From Eledone cirrhosa (taxonomy: Eukaryota), in the NCBI GenBank assembly GCA_964016885.1, contig OZ024741.1:241490001-241554000 (forward strand): 64,000 nt of DNA, read 5' to 3'. Made by a program: the position numbers and the translations under genes. Shown piece after piece: positions 1-14,149 of this stretch. Position 1 is the stretch's first letter, and each line of letters begins with the position of its first letter. The notes under the pieces were generated by a model. It did no database searches. It was not told the DNA's origin and worked only from the letters and a program-made list of their open reading frames with translations.

Positions 1-3000
1 AAAAACGGGGTACCCAAATAAAAAACGGACCCCCCATAAAAAAACGGGGCACCCAAATAAAAAACGGACCCCCCCATAAAAAAACGGGTCACCCAAATAA
101 ATAACTGACCACCCCTAAAAAAACGGTTCACCCAAATAAAAAACGCCCCCCCCCCCATAAAAAAACGGGGCACCCAAATAAAAAGGGGGTGCCCAAATAA
201 AAAACGGACCCACCCCCATAAGAAAACGGGGCACCCAAATAAAAAACGGGGTACCTAAATAGAAAACGGACGCCCCCCCATAAAAAAACGGGGCACCCAA
301 ATAAAAAACGGACCCCCCATAAAAAAACGGGGCACCCAAATAAAAAACGGACCCCCCCATAAAAAAACGGGGCACCTAAATAAAAAACGGGGTACCCAAA
401 TAAAAAGGGGGTGCCCAAATAAAAAACGGACCCAACCCCATAAAAAAACGGGGCACCCAATTAAAAAACGGACCCCCCCATAAGAAAACGGGGCACCCAA
501 ATAAAAAACGGGGTACCCAAATAGAAAACGGACCCCCCCCCATAAAAAAACGGGGCACCCAAATAAAAAACGGACCCCCCATAAAAAAACGGGGCACCCA
601 AATAAAAAACGGACCCCCCCCCCATAAAAAAACGGGGCACCCAAATAAGAAAAAGGGTACCCAAATAAAAAACGGACCCACCCCATAAAAAAACGGGGCA
701 CCCAAATAAAAAACGGACCCCCCCATAAAAAAACGGGGCACCCAAATAAAAAACGGGGTACCCAAATAAAAAACGGACCCCCCCATAAAAAAACGGGGTA
801 CCCAAATAAAAAACGGGGCACCCAATTAAAAAACGGAACCCGCCCATAAAAAAACGGGGCACCCAAATAAAGAACCGGGTACCCAAATAAAAAACGGACC
901 CGCCCCATAAAATAACGGGACACCCAAATAAAAAAACGGACCCCCCATAAAAAAACGGTGCACCCAAATAAGAAACGGGGTACCCAAATAAAAAACGGGG
1001 CACCCAAATAAAAAACGGGGTACCCAAATAAAAAACGGGGTACCCAAATAAAAAAACGAACCCCACCCATAAAAAAACCGGGCACCCAAATAAAAAAACG
1101 GACCCCCCATAAAAAAACGGGGCACCCAAACAAAAAACGGAGTACCCAAATAAAAAACGGAACCCCCCATAAAAAAACGGGGCACCCAAATAAAAAAAAG
1201 ACCCCCCCATAAAAAAGGGGGCACCCAAATAAAATACGGGATACCCAAATAAAAAACGGACCCCCCCCCATAAAAAAACGGAGCACCCAAATAAAAAACG
1301 GACCCCCCATAATAAAACGGGGTACCCAAATAAAGAACGCGGCACCCAAATAAAAAACGGGGTACCCGAAGAAAAAACGCCCCCCCCCATAAAAAAACGT
1401 GGCACCCAAATAAAAAATGGGGTACCCAAATAAAAAACGGACCCGCCCCATAAAAAAAGGGGCACCCAAGTAAGAAACGGACCCCCCCATAAAAAAAGGG
1501 GTACCCAAATAAAAAACGGGGCACCCAAATAAAAAACGGGGTACCCAAAGAAAAAACGCCCCCCCCCCCATAAAAAAACGGGGCACCCAAATAAAAAAAC
1601 GGACCCCCCATAAAAAAACGGGGTACCCAGATGAAAAACGGACCACCTCCATAAAAAAACGGGGCACCCAAATAAAAAACGGGGTACCCAAATAAAAAAC
1701 GGACCCCCCCATAAAAAAACGGGGCACCCAAATAAAAAATGGGGTACCCAAATAAAAAACGGACCCCCCATAAAACAACGGGGCACCCAAATAAAAAACG
1801 GACCCCCCCATAAAAAAACGGGTCACCCAAATAAAAAACGGACCACCCCTAAATAAAAGGTTCACCCAAATAAAAAACGGACCCCCCCATAAAAAAACGG
1901 GGCACCCAAATAAAAAGGGGGTGCCCAAATGAAAAACGGACCCACCCCCATAAAAAAACGGGGCACCCAAATAAAAAACGGACCCCCCCCCCATAAGAAA
2001 ACGGGGCACCCAAATAAAAAACGGGGTACCCAAATAGAAAACGGACGCCTCCCCCATAAAAAAACGGGGCACCCAAATAAAAAACGGACCCCCCCATAAA
2101 AAAACGAGGCACCCAAATAAAAAACGGACCCCCCCATAAAAAAACGGGGCACCTAAATAAAAAACGGGGTACCCAAATAAAAAACGGACCCCCCATAAAA
2201 AAACGGGGCAACCCAATAAAAAACGCCCCCCCCCCATAAAAAACGGGGCACCCAAATAATAAAACGGACCCCCCCCATAAAAAAACGGGGCACCCAAATA
2301 AAAAACGGGGTACCCAAATAGAAAACGGACCCCCCCATAAAAAAACGGGGCACCCAAATAAAAAACGGGGTACCCAAATAAAAAACGGACCCCCCATAAA
2401 AAAACGGGGCACCCAAATAAAAAACGGACCCCCCCATAAAAAAACGGGTCACCCAAATAAATAACTGACCACCCCTAAAAAAACGGTTCACCCAAATAAA
2501 AAACGGCCCCCCCAATAAAAAAACGGGGCACCCAAATAAAAAGGGGGTGCCCAAATAAAAAACGGACCCACCCCCATAAAAAAACGGGGCACCCAAATAA
2601 AAAACGGACCCCCCCATAAGAAAACGGGGCACCCAAATAAAAAACGGGGTACCCAAATAGAAAACGGACGCCCCCCCATAAAAAAACGGGGCACCCAAAT
2701 AAAAAACGGACCCCCCCTTAAAAAAACGGGGCACCCAAATAAAAAACGGACCCCCCCCATAAAAAAACGGGGCACCTAAATAAAAAACGGGGTACCCAAA
2801 TAAAAAGGGGGTGCCCAAATAAAAAACGGACCCACCCCATAAAAGAACGGGGCACCCAAATAAAAAACGGACCCCCCCATAAGAAAACGGGGCACCCAAA
2901 TAAAAAACGGGGTACCCAAATAGAAAACGGACCCCCCCCATAAAAAAACGGGGCACCCAAATAAAAAACGGGGTACCCAAATAAAAAACGGACCCACCCC

Positions 3001-4025
3001 ATAAAAAAACGGGTCACCCAAATAAATAACTGACCACCCCTAAAAAAACGGTTCACCCAAATAAAAAACGGCCCCCCCAATAAAAAAACGGGGCACCCAA
3101 ATAAAAAGGGGGTGCCCAAATAAAAAACGGACCCACCCCCATAAAAAAACGGGGCACCCAAATAAAAAACGGACCCCCCCATAAGAAAACGGGGCACCCA
3201 AATAAAAAACGGGGTACCCAAATAGAAAACGGACGCCCCCCCATAAAAAAACGGGGCACCCAAATAAAAAACGGACCCCCCCTTAAAAAAACGGGGCACC
3301 CAAATAAAAAACGGACCCCCCCCATAAAAAAACGGGGCACCTAAATAAAAAACGGGGTACCCAAATAAAAAGGGGGTGCCCAAATAAAAAACGGACCCAC
3401 CCCATAAAAGAACGGGGCACCCAAATAAAAAACGGACCCCCCCATAAGAAAACGGGGCACCCAAATAAAAAACGGGGTACCCAAATAGAAAACGGACCCC
3501 CCCCATAAAAAAACGGGGCACCCAAATAAAAAACGGGGTACCCAAATAAAAAACGGACCCACCCCATAAAAAAACGGGGCACCCAAATAAAAAACGGACC
3601 CCCCCATAAAAAAACGGGGCACCCAAATAAAAAACGGGGTACCCAAATAAAAAACGGACCCCCCCATAAAAAAACGGGGTACCCAAATAAAAAACGGGGC
3701 ACCCAAATAAAAAACGGACCCCCCCCATAAAAGAACGGGACACCCAAATAAAAAACGGGCCCCCCCATAAAAAAACGGGGCACCCAAATAAAAAACGGAC
3801 CCCCCACATAAAAAACGGGGCACCCAAATAAAAAACGGACCCCCCCCTAAAAAAACGGGGCACCCAAATAAAAAACGGACCCCCCATAAAAAAACGGGGC
3901 ACCCAAATAAAAAACGGGGTACCCAAATAAAAAACGGACCCCCCCCCCATAAAAAAACGGGGCACCCAAATAAGAAACGGACCCCCCCCCCCTAAAAAAA
4001 ACGGGGCACCCAAATAAAAAACGGG
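1..4025. repeat. Satellite array of two ~20-bp modules (AAAAAACGGGGYACCCAAAT and AAAAAACGGAC(C)nAT) with higher-order repeats
   Basis: Continuous from base 1. Variant marker ATAACTGACCACCCCT recurs at 101, 2461 and 3026. ORFs 2488-2775 and 3053-3340 translate identically (565-bp period). Abrupt end at ~4025. Confidence 0.95.
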
Positions 4026-5625
4026 TTATTGTTGTTAGTGTTGTGTTATTACTGTTGTTACATCTGTTACTGTTGTTCTGCTGTTTCTGTCGTTGCTAAA
4101 ATTGTTGTTAGTGTTGTTACTTTTGTTACATCTGTTGCTGTTGTTGTGCTGTTGCTGCCGTTGCTAAAATTGTTGTTAGTGTTGTCTTGTTACTGTTGTT
4201 ACAGCTGTTACTGTTGTTATTGTGCTGAAACTGTCGTTGCTAAAGCTGTTAGTGTTGTGTTAGTGTTGTTACTGTTGTTGTTGTGCTGTTACTGTCGTTG
4301 CTAAAATTGTTAGTGTTGTGTTGTTACTGTTGTTACAGCTGTTACTGTTGTTGTTGTGCTGTTACTGTTGTTGTTGTGCTGTTACTGTCGTTGCTAAGAT
4401 TGTTGTTAGTGTTGTGTTGTTACTGCTGTTACTGTTGTTGTGCTGTTACTGTCGTTGCTAAAATTGTTAGTGTTGTTTTGTTACTGTTGTTACAGCTGTT
4501 ACTATTGTTGTTGTGCTGTTACTGTCGTTGTTGTGCTGTTACTGTCGTTGTTGTGCTGTTACTGTCGTTGCTAAAATTGTTGTTAGTGTTGTGTTACTGT
4601 TGTTACAGCTGTTACTGTCGTTGTTGTGCTGTTGCTGTCGTTGCTAAAATTGTTGTTAGTGTTGTTTTGTTACTGTCGTTGTTGTGCTGTTGCTGTCGTT
4701 GCTAAAATTGTTGTTAGTGTTGTGTTACTGTTGTTACAGCTGTTACTGTCGTTGTTGTGCTGTTGCTGTCGTTGCTAAAATTGTTGTTAGTGTTGTTTTG
4801 TTACTGTTGTTATAGCTGTTACTGTCGTTGTTGTGCTGTTGCTGTCGTTGCTTAAATTATTCTTAGTGTTGTGTTACTGCTGTTACTGCCGTTGTTGTGC
4901 TGTTACTGTCGTTGTTGTGCTGTTACTGTTATTGCTAAAATTGTTGTTAGTGTTGTGTTGTTACTGTTGTTACTGCTGTTACTGTCGGTGCTAAAATTGT
5001 TGTTAGTGTTGTGTTGTTACTGTTGTTACTGCTGTTACAGTTGTTTGTTGTGCTGTTACTGGCGTTGCTAAAATTGTCGTTAGTGTTGTGTTGTAACTGT
5101 TGTTACTGCTGTTACTCTCGTTGTTGTGCTGTTACTGTTATTGCTAAAATTGTTGTTTGTGTTGTTGTCAGTGTTGTTGTTATAACTATTGTTGTTCTTA
5201 CAGTTATTGTTTTTGTTGTAATTATGGTTGTTGTTGTTGTTACTGTAGTTGTTACTGTTAGTGTGGTAACTATTGTTATTGTCACTGTTTTCACTGTTAC
5301 TGCTGTTGTTACTGTTGTTGTTATTGTTATTACTACTACTGTTGTTGTTATTACTGCTGCTACTCTTGTTGTTGTTGTTACTGTCATTGCTGCTACTGTT
5401 GTTGTTATTGTTGTTGTTGTTACCAATGTTGTTGTTACTGTCATTGCTGCTACTGTTGTTGTTATTGTTGTTGTTGTTACCAATGTTGTTGTTACTGTCA
5501 TTGCTGCTACTGTTGTTGTTGTTGTTACCAATGTTGCTGTTATCGTTGTGAGCAATGTTGTTTTTACTGTTGTTTTTGTCACCTATGTTATTGTTACTGT
5601 TGTTGTTGTTATTGTTACTTTTGCT
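4026..5625. repeat. GTT/GCT-rich minisatellite grading into degenerate (GTT)n
   Basis: Recurrent GCTAAAATTGTTGTTAGTGTTGTG...TTACTGTCGTT blocks to ~5160, then GTT/ACT triplets with 51-bp internal duplications. Confidence 0.9.
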
Positions 5626-5980
5626 ATCTGCAAAGACATGTGTGTTATTCCAGGAGTAAGCCCTTCCTTTCTCACTAGATTCTAACCTTAGGCAAGTAAA
5701 GCTGTTTATTCTGTTTGCTTGTGAACTGTGAACAGTCACCTCTCTCTCTCACACACACTCCCCCCTCTCTCTCTATACATCCTCATCTTCAGTTAACAAT
5801 GAACACACCTAACATTATTTAATTAAAAACAAACATTGTCTTTGATAAAATAAACTCTATACATTTGGTTTTTTTTTTATATTTTAACTTTATCATTTTC
5901 CTTTTTATCTATTTTTTTTAATTTTAACTTTGTAATCTTTGTTTTCCTTTTCTTCTTTTTCTTCTTCATCTTTTATTTTA

Positions 5981-6029
<49 letters not shown>

Positions 6030-6747
6030 TAGCCTTTATTTCAGAGATTTTAAGCATGTTGTTGCTATTGTTGTTTTTTTCTGTGGTTGTTGTGATTGCT
6101 GTTGTTGTTATTGTTGTTGGTGTTACTGTTGTTTTTATTTCATGGGTGAAGAGGCGAGATAAAGAAGAGCCAGAAAAATAAACAAGGCAGAATTTGGAGT
6201 GCAGTGTTGTATGTTTTCATTATGGTGTGCATGTGTCTATCTGTTTGTGTGCATGTTTGTATGAATGTGTTTATGTGTGTATGCATGTGCATGTCTGTAT
6301 GTATATGTGTATGCTTGTGATTGTGGTGTGTTTGTACATGTGTGACTGTGTATTTGTATGTGTGGGTATGTATATCTGTATGCTTGTGTATGTATGCATG
6401 TGTATGTTTGCGTGTGTGTTTGTACATGTGTGACTGTACATGTGTGGGTATGTATATGTGTATTTATTTGAATTTTTGTAATTCTACATGATGAGGTCAA
6501 CAAATGCCTTGCAGCCATTTTATTTATAACTCTGAAAGCAAAAGGTATTGAGTTCCAGCTATAGCTGAGTGGTTTAACCCTTTCTCTTTTCTTGCTTGTC
6601 TCTTATTGTATTATTTAAATGTCTTCTTTTTTTAGGGCGGCTATTTTGTTTTTTTGTCTTTTACTAATTTTATGTTTTGTTCTATGGGACAGAAAAATAA
6701 TGTAAATGGTAAAGTCGATCAGCTTATAGTTGTTGTAATTAACCTGA

Positions 6748-7400
6748 TTAACCCTCTCATTACCATATTTCTCATGAAAGACACTGCCTATAGTTTTCAA
6801 ACAGTTTTGAAAATAATCAAGAATTTAGAGGGGTTTCATAAAGTAACTAACTTTCTTCTTTGTTAACCCTTTTGTGACTACATTTTTAATGAAAGATATT
6901 AGTTATAATTTTCAATTAACTTGATAATAAGCAAGAATTTAGAAGGAGTTAGTCATATAGCTAACTTTCTCATTATTAAGCTGGTGTTTGGAAGATAACA
7001 TAATGAATGCTCTTGCATGAAATTATGATGGTAGGATTTGGGATCCATATAAACCTTTTAAAAGAAACAGTTATTCCTTGCAGTTTCTGCTGGAATCCGT
7101 TAGATGGTTTTGGCATCAGTCTTTTGATATTCATAGCTGGGCTTTCAAAATCTTTATTTATTAAACATGCCGTATATCTTTACATATACAAAATTCACAT
7201 ACATGTATGTATACTGCTATGCCAAAGCTAAATTTTAATTCTAAAAGAAGCAGTTTTGTAATATAGAACCAGGGCTATTTTCAAGCAATTTGGTATAAAA
7301 GAGTTAAGTTAGTATTTTGGACATATCAAATGCCCTTACATAGAATTATGATGGAAGGATTTTAGAGAAATAAAAACATTTTAAAATAAACAGCTCATGC
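6748..7400. mobile_element. Degenerate, probably nested non-autonomous TTAA-type (piggyBac-like) repeats
   Basis: TTAACCCT starts at ~6748 and ~6863 followed by similar sequence; AAGAGTTAA end at ~7307; related inverted fragment at ~62445-62537. Confidence 0.45.
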
Positions 7401-7463
7401 TTGGTGTAGTGATTGAGTATTTTTTTCTCATTCTTGTGTTCTTAAACATAGCGAGTAGCTTCA

Positions 7464-7800
7464 ATGAGGTTCCTCTGAAGGGTCTTTGGAGTAACATTAC
7501 TCGATAGAGTGCGTAGCTTGGACATCAGAGAATTGCTCCAGATAGAGCCACTACCCCTCTGAATTGAGAGATCACAGCACCGATATTACGGATATGTGGT
7601 CAGAATCTCTCTGGCAAAACCAAATGGCTGGAGACCCAGGGGTAAACCCTGAACAAGATAGTTGAATAACATCCATGAGCTCAGCTTGTCTCACTTGGGG
7701 ATCCAGCTGGATCAATTGAAGATGTTTGCTTCTGACAGGACCTGCTGGGAAGGTGTGCTTGAAGATTCTTCCCCTACGTCCCTCCCAGAAATAACTGTGT
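7464..7800 (+). mobile_element. Degenerate RTE-clade LINE 3' fragment (family R2)
   Basis: Translates MRFL*RVFGVTLLDRVRSLDIRELLQIEPL..IERSQ.RYYG; homologous to 27245-27838, 34685-34968 and 55300-55620. Confidence 0.7.
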
Positions 7801-8991
7801 GTAGAAGGAAAAAAACAACATACACCATGCTATAACCCTTCTCTTGTATGAAGGAAGATACACTGCTTACCAGAGATCTTTGACAACAGCTAAGCATTAT
7901 AGAACCAGAGCCAGTTCCATGTGGTTTGGTATCAAAAGAGTAAATAATGCTATTCTAGAACAGAGCCGAAACACTTGCTTGAGGTGCGTTTCTTCTTTGA
8001 AAGGCTTCTGCTGTCCAGCTCTCCAGAAAGTTTCTTACTACTATGATTAAGGAAGTTTATATGTGGTGTGGACAAGAGGAATCAGATTATTTGGATTTAT
8101 TGTTGCCAACACAGAACACATTGAGTTTTGTTGGAAACTTAGCACTTGTCTTTTATTTTGGATCTGTTAGAAATAGCAGCCAAATCCACTACTGTCTGAA
8201 CAAAGAAAGACACATTGGATAATGTATTCCTAGTTACACTGAATAAAAAGTAGGATGGCCATAGCTAGAGTACAGCATGGACAGGAAATAGAATAAAAAT
8301 ACATGATGTAGAAATGTCACATGTCATCATCATCATCATCATCATCATCAACATAATCATCATCATTTTTACATTCCTTTTTCCATGTTTGCATGTTATA
8401 TTGGGTTCTCTGTTCATGCAATTGGGTTCTCTGTCCATGCAGGCTATATCTGCAGCAGCAACAATCTTTTTTATGTGTCAGTGTTTCCATTCTAGCATGG
8501 GTTGGATAGGTCTTTTTGAGGCAATGTTTCTACAGCCTGATGCCCTTCCTGACACTAACCCTTTAGTTGCTTCTTATGTGACACTGAGGTATATGGTGTC
8601 ATCATCATCATCCTCATCTGAATCATCATCGTAATTATTGTTTTTACCCCCAACTTTCCCATGTTGGGATGAGTTGGCAGTGACTTTTTGAAACAATGTT
8701 GTTTTACAGCAAAATATCTTGCCTGACGCTAACTCTTTTACTCGATTCTTACGACACATAGACATATGATGTACCTATTCAAAACCAATATACACATGTT
8801 GTTTTTCTTTATTCTTCCAATCATGTTGCTTGTTTGATTGATTGTCTGTCCTCGTGTTTAGCTTCAGTAGTCCATACATACTACTTTTGTTTAGATTTAC
8901 CAGCTAGCTGTTATTCCACATTTTGGTGTTGGGATTAATTCAGTCTATGATGACACATCCAATCCTTGCTAGTAGGTAAAATGGATGTTAG

Positions 8992-9026
<35 letters not shown>

Positions 9027-9204
9027 CCATCTACATATCCTACATGTGGTTTTGTTGGGTCACTCAAAAGATATATAGATAAATGTCTTACACATATATC
9101 TTACATATACTTACTTAGTCACTCTACTTGTACTCCATTTTGTCTACAGATGTATATAAGTATGGACCTGTAATGCCCAGTGGAATTGTAGGAGTACCCT
9201 AGAA

Positions 9205-9545
9205 CAGGGGTTCTCAACCTTTTTTTTGCTGTGGACCACCAAAATAAGTAATTTTTTCCTGTGGACCACCTAAACTTTTAAATCTTTTGTAATAGAACTG
9301 CTACTTATAAGCATCAATAGATGGGTTTTTTTTCAATAAATTAGAAAATGCTATTATCATGTCGCAGTGCCTAAAAAATCTACACAAATAAACAGCTGAA
9401 GTCGTACTTATGCGAAGAAGAAGAACAGCGCTTTAAGTCAAATGCATGAATCAAAAGAGAATTTGCTATTGAACATTTTCTGTGGACCACCTGAATTTTC
9501 CTGTGGACCACTAGTGGTCCACATGGACCAGGCTGAGAACCCCTG
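9205..9545. mobile_element. hAT (Charlie-like) MITE
   Basis: TIRs CAGGGGTTCTCAACCT / AGGCTGAGAACCCCTG (1 mismatch); imperfect 8-bp TSD CCCTAGAA/CCATAGAG; TGTGGACCAC repeated near both ends. Confidence 0.85.
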
Positions 9546-9689
9546 CCATAGAGGTATAGGGCATTTCTTGGGCATTTTTTAAACTTAGCATGTGTTCAAG
9601 TCTAAACACATCTGAGAGAGAGACAGAGAGACAGACAGACAGTGAGAAAGAGATATAGAGGGAGAATTGACCTACATGCCAGTACATGT

Positions 9690-10392
9690 AATACATGTCA
9701 TGACATGTAGTAAATTTTTGTAGATGAAGCTACATGTCTGTGCGTGTAGAACATATATATATAGACATGCAGTATATATCTGTAGATGTAGCTACATGTC
9801 TGTACATGTATTTACATGTCTGTATGTGTAGTATATGTCTGTAAATGTAGCTACATGTAGTACATGTAGTACATGTGTAGACATGTAGCATATATCCGTA
9901 GATGTAGATACATGTTTGTACAAGTATTTACATGTCTGTAAATGTAGCTACATGTCTGGACATGTATTTACATGTCTGTAGATGTAGCTACATGTCTGTG
10001 CATGCAGAACATGTATAGACATGTAGCATATATCTGTAGATGTAGATACATGTTTGTACAAGTATTTACATGTCTGTAGATGTAGCTACATGTCTGTGCA
10101 TGCAGAACATGTATAGACATTTAGCATATATCTGTAGATGTAGCTACATGTCTATAAATGTGTAGACATGTAGCATATATATGTAGATGTAGCTACATGT
10201 CTGTAAATGTAGCTACATGTATGTACATGTGTAGACATGTAGCTACATGTCTGCATGTAGAACATGTATAGACATGTAGCATATATCTGTAGATGTAGCT
10301 ACATGTTTGTACATGTAGTATATGCCTGGAGACATAGTGTATGTATAGACATGTTGTATATGTCTGTAGAAGTAGCTACATGTTTGTACATG
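9690..10392. repeat. Minisatellite of ~20-bp TAGATGTAGCTACATGTCTG-type units
   Basis: Dozens of ACATGT and ATGTAGCTACAT palindromic motifs in tandem. Confidence 0.85.
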
Positions 10393-10441
10393 TTCACTGG
10401 GTCTAAAATGAATGCCTTTATGGCAAACATGGATATTACAG

Positions 10442-10945
10442 TGATGAGGATGATGATGATGATGATGAGGATGAGGATGGTGGTAGTGGTGAGGATGACC
10501 ATGATGATAGTGATTATAATGATGGCAAAGGATGTTAATGATATACACTGCTACCACTGCCACTATCACCACCACAGCCACTGCTACCACCACCACCACC
10601 ACAGCCACTACAGCCACCACCACCACTGCCGCCGCCACCACCACCACCACCACCACCACCACCACTACTGCTATCACCACAATCCCCCCCCACACACACA
10701 CACACAACCACTACCACAGCCACTGCTACCACCACCCCAACACCACAACCACTACCACAGCCACTACCACATCCACCACAACTATCTCCATGCCCCCTAC
10801 CCCCTCACTACCCCACCACCACCACCACCATACCCCCACCTCCCTCACCACTACCCCCACACCACACACCACCACCACTGCCCCCACCCCTCCTCCACCT
10901 CACCCCCACCACAACCACTGCTACTACTACTGCCACCACTCAACC
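10442..10945. repeat. (GAT)n followed by (CAC)n low-complexity tract
   Basis: Direct inspection. Confidence 0.9.
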
Positions 10946-11139
10946 AAATTACATATAAAATAAATTACAAATAATTAATTCTATCCATTATTTAAATTTT
11001 TTTTGTTATTCTATAAAATTCTTTAAAATTGATTTTTCACATTTTCTTCCCAGTTTTTGTATTTTTTGCCTCACATTCTTCTTCCATTTCATCAAACCTT
11101 TTTACACCTCCGCCTTCCTCCTCAAGTTGTTAACACTGG

Positions 11140-11500
11140 ACTGGGGAGGGGGAGAGAGGGATAGAGAGAGGAGAGGGAGATTTGGAGTGGGGAGAGGGAG
11201 AAGTGGAGAGGAAGAGAAGGATAAGGAGAGAAAGGGTGAGAAAGAGACAGAGAGAGAGAAAGAGAGATTTAGACTGGGGAGAGAGAGGTGGAGAGGAAAG
11301 AAAAGATAGAGAGAGGAGAGAGAAAGAGAGAGAGGGAGAGACTTGGACTGGGGAGAGAGTGGCAGGGAAGGAGAGAGAGAGAGAGAGAGAGAGGAAAGTA
11401 GAGGGAAAAGACGGAATGTGGGGAGTAAAGATAGAATGAGAGGGATAGAGAGAGGAAAAAATTGGACTGATGTGGGAGAATGGAAGAGAGAGAGAGAGAC
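11140..11500. repeat. GA-rich polypurine tract
   Basis: Direct inspection; GACTGGGGAG motif three times. Confidence 0.85.
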
Positions 11501-11809
11501 GCATACCCACATACAAACACTATCTTAAACACACCTGCATAAACTGTCATTAGTATATACACACACAGCCATGAATAGACACATATACATGTATGTACAC
11601 ACTTACACATAGCTATATAACCTCTCTTACAGAGAACCAAATGTACTTACAACAACACATACACACACACATACTTAAATACACAGCCATGCTTGCACTC
11701 ACAATAGACACATACATAAAGCACACTCACATACACACACAGTCCTCCTTAGTCAATATCTGGGATGTTATGATTAAAAGTCAAACTTGCTATTTATTGG
11801 TTTATTGGT

Positions 11810-11983
11810 AATGGTGGTGGCGGTGGTGGTGGTGGTGTTGACTGGGAGTAGCGGTGGAGTTATGATGGCGATGGTGGGGGGGGGGTATGGTCAAAGTGAT
11901 TTTGGTGGCAATGGTGGTGGTGGTGTTGGAGGGGGTAATATTGTAGACAGTAGTGCTGGTGGTGGTGTTGATGGTGGTAGAGG

Positions 11984-12014
<31 letters not shown>

Positions 12015-12258
12015 GCTGGTGCTGGTGGAGGTGGTGGTGTTGGAGGTGGTAATATTGCAGACAGGGGTGATGGTGGTGGTGGTAGTGTTGTTGTTGTTAG
12101 TGGTGGTGGTGGTGTTGGAGGTGGTAATATTGCAGACAGGGGTGATGGTGGTGGTGGTAGTGTTGTTGTTGTTGGTGGTGGTGGTGGTGGTGGTGGTGGT
12201 GGTGGAGGTGGTGGAGGTGGTAATATTGCAGACAGGGGTGATGGTGGTGGTGGTAGTG

Positions 12259-12290
<32 letters not shown>

Positions 12291-12745
12291 GGTGGTGTTT
12301 GTGGTGGTTGTAGTGATGGTATGGAGTCGGTAACGGTGGGTTTGATGGTGATGGTAGTGGTAATAGTGATGATGATGGTGGTGATGGTATGAGGTGGTGG
12401 TATGGAGGTGGTAATGATGGTGTCAGTGCTGAAGGTAGTGGAGGTGGTAGCGATGGTGATGATGATGGTGGTGGTGGTTGTTGTGGGGGATTGATAGTGA
12501 TTGAGGTGGAGGTCATGTTTTAATAGTGGTATTGGCGGTAGTGGTGTTGGTGGTACTGCTTGTGGTGGTAGTAGTGCTGGTGGTGGTAGTAGTGCTGGTG
12601 GTGGTAGCAGTGATGGTAAAATTATTTGAAGTGATAAATGCTAGCTGAATGGTTGAGGTGGTGGATCATGGTGCTGGACTGGTAGTGATAATAGTAGTGT
12701 TAGTAGTGGTTGTAGTGGTTGTAGTAACGGTGGTAGTAATGATGC
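11810..12745. repeat. (GGT)n low-complexity tract with internal triplication
   Basis: GGAGGTGGTAATATTGCAGACAGGGGTGATGG block three times in 12040-12260. Confidence 0.9.
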
Positions 12746-13015
12746 TATTGCAAGAATACTGGCACCAATACTAGCTGTGACAACAACATTATAAATGTGT
12801 TGTTGTCATCTCCCTCTATATTTCATTGTTCCATTCCAAAGTCAAATGCATGTGTGTCTTGTGAATATAAGAGAACATGGCAAACTGAAGGAAGAACAAC
12901 CAGACAAAAAATAGAATTCTTCTCAACTTTGAGTTAAAGATCACAGCATATTTCTACCTTCTTCCCTTAAGCTTTTAGTATGATTTTCCTTTTCTTACGT
13001 ACTCTGGTATTAAGC

Positions 13016-13629
<614 letters not shown>

Positions 13630-13630
13630 A

Positions 13631-13822
13631 GGTGGTGAATTGGCAGTATCGGTAGAGGGTCGGACACGCCATGCTTTGACATATAGAGTTACGGCCCTTG
13701 CCATTCTGAGTTCAAATCCTGTCAAGGTTAACTTTGCCTTTCATCCTTACAGGGTCGATAAAATAAAGTACCAGTAATGCACTGGGTAATTGCTGGCTTT
13801 GTGCCAAAAGTAGAAACAATTA
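13631..13822 (+). mobile_element. tRNA-derived SINE family S1
   Basis: A-box-like TGGCAGTATCGG, B-box GAGTTCAAATCC, core GCCTTTCATCCTTAC.GGGTCGATAAAATAAAGTACCAG, end TGTGCCAAAAGTAGAAACAATTAT; about 10 copies in window. Confidence 0.85.
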
Positions 13823-14149
13823 TAATATATATATATAATATATATGCTGTATATATATATAAATATATTATCTATATATATATATATATTCATTTGTTCA
13901 GCTGAAGAGAAAATTTCACTCTATTGTTACAATTAAAAAATATGCTACATATATTGATATTTTTTTCCTCTCAGTGCACACTTAAAATTTTACACACACA
14001 CACACATCTACACGCACACACACATATACGTATTTGTGAGTGTGTGTGTAAATCTATCTAATCTATCAACCTGCAGTGATCCCATTACACCTCTTGTGTA
14101 CCCATCATTTGCAATGAGTACACTGTTTAGAATTTCTACTCTAAATAGC

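Noticed and set aside
115-4013. Long minus-strand ORFs (up to 733 aa)
   Set aside because: Translations of a stop-poor satellite, open in all three frames
1-4025. CRISPR-like or telomeric array
   Set aside because: No unique spacers, no cas genes, no TTAGGG-type repeat; eukaryotic context
4029-5739. Cys/Val/Asn/Thr-rich ORFs
   Set aside because: Triplet-repeat artefacts
10410-10538. Acidic peptide ECLYGKHGYYSDEDDD..KGC*
   Set aside because: Mostly (GAT)n, with no acceptor or start support
11787-12392. Gly-rich structural protein ORF
   Set aside because: (GGT)n tract open in several frames, with no exon signals
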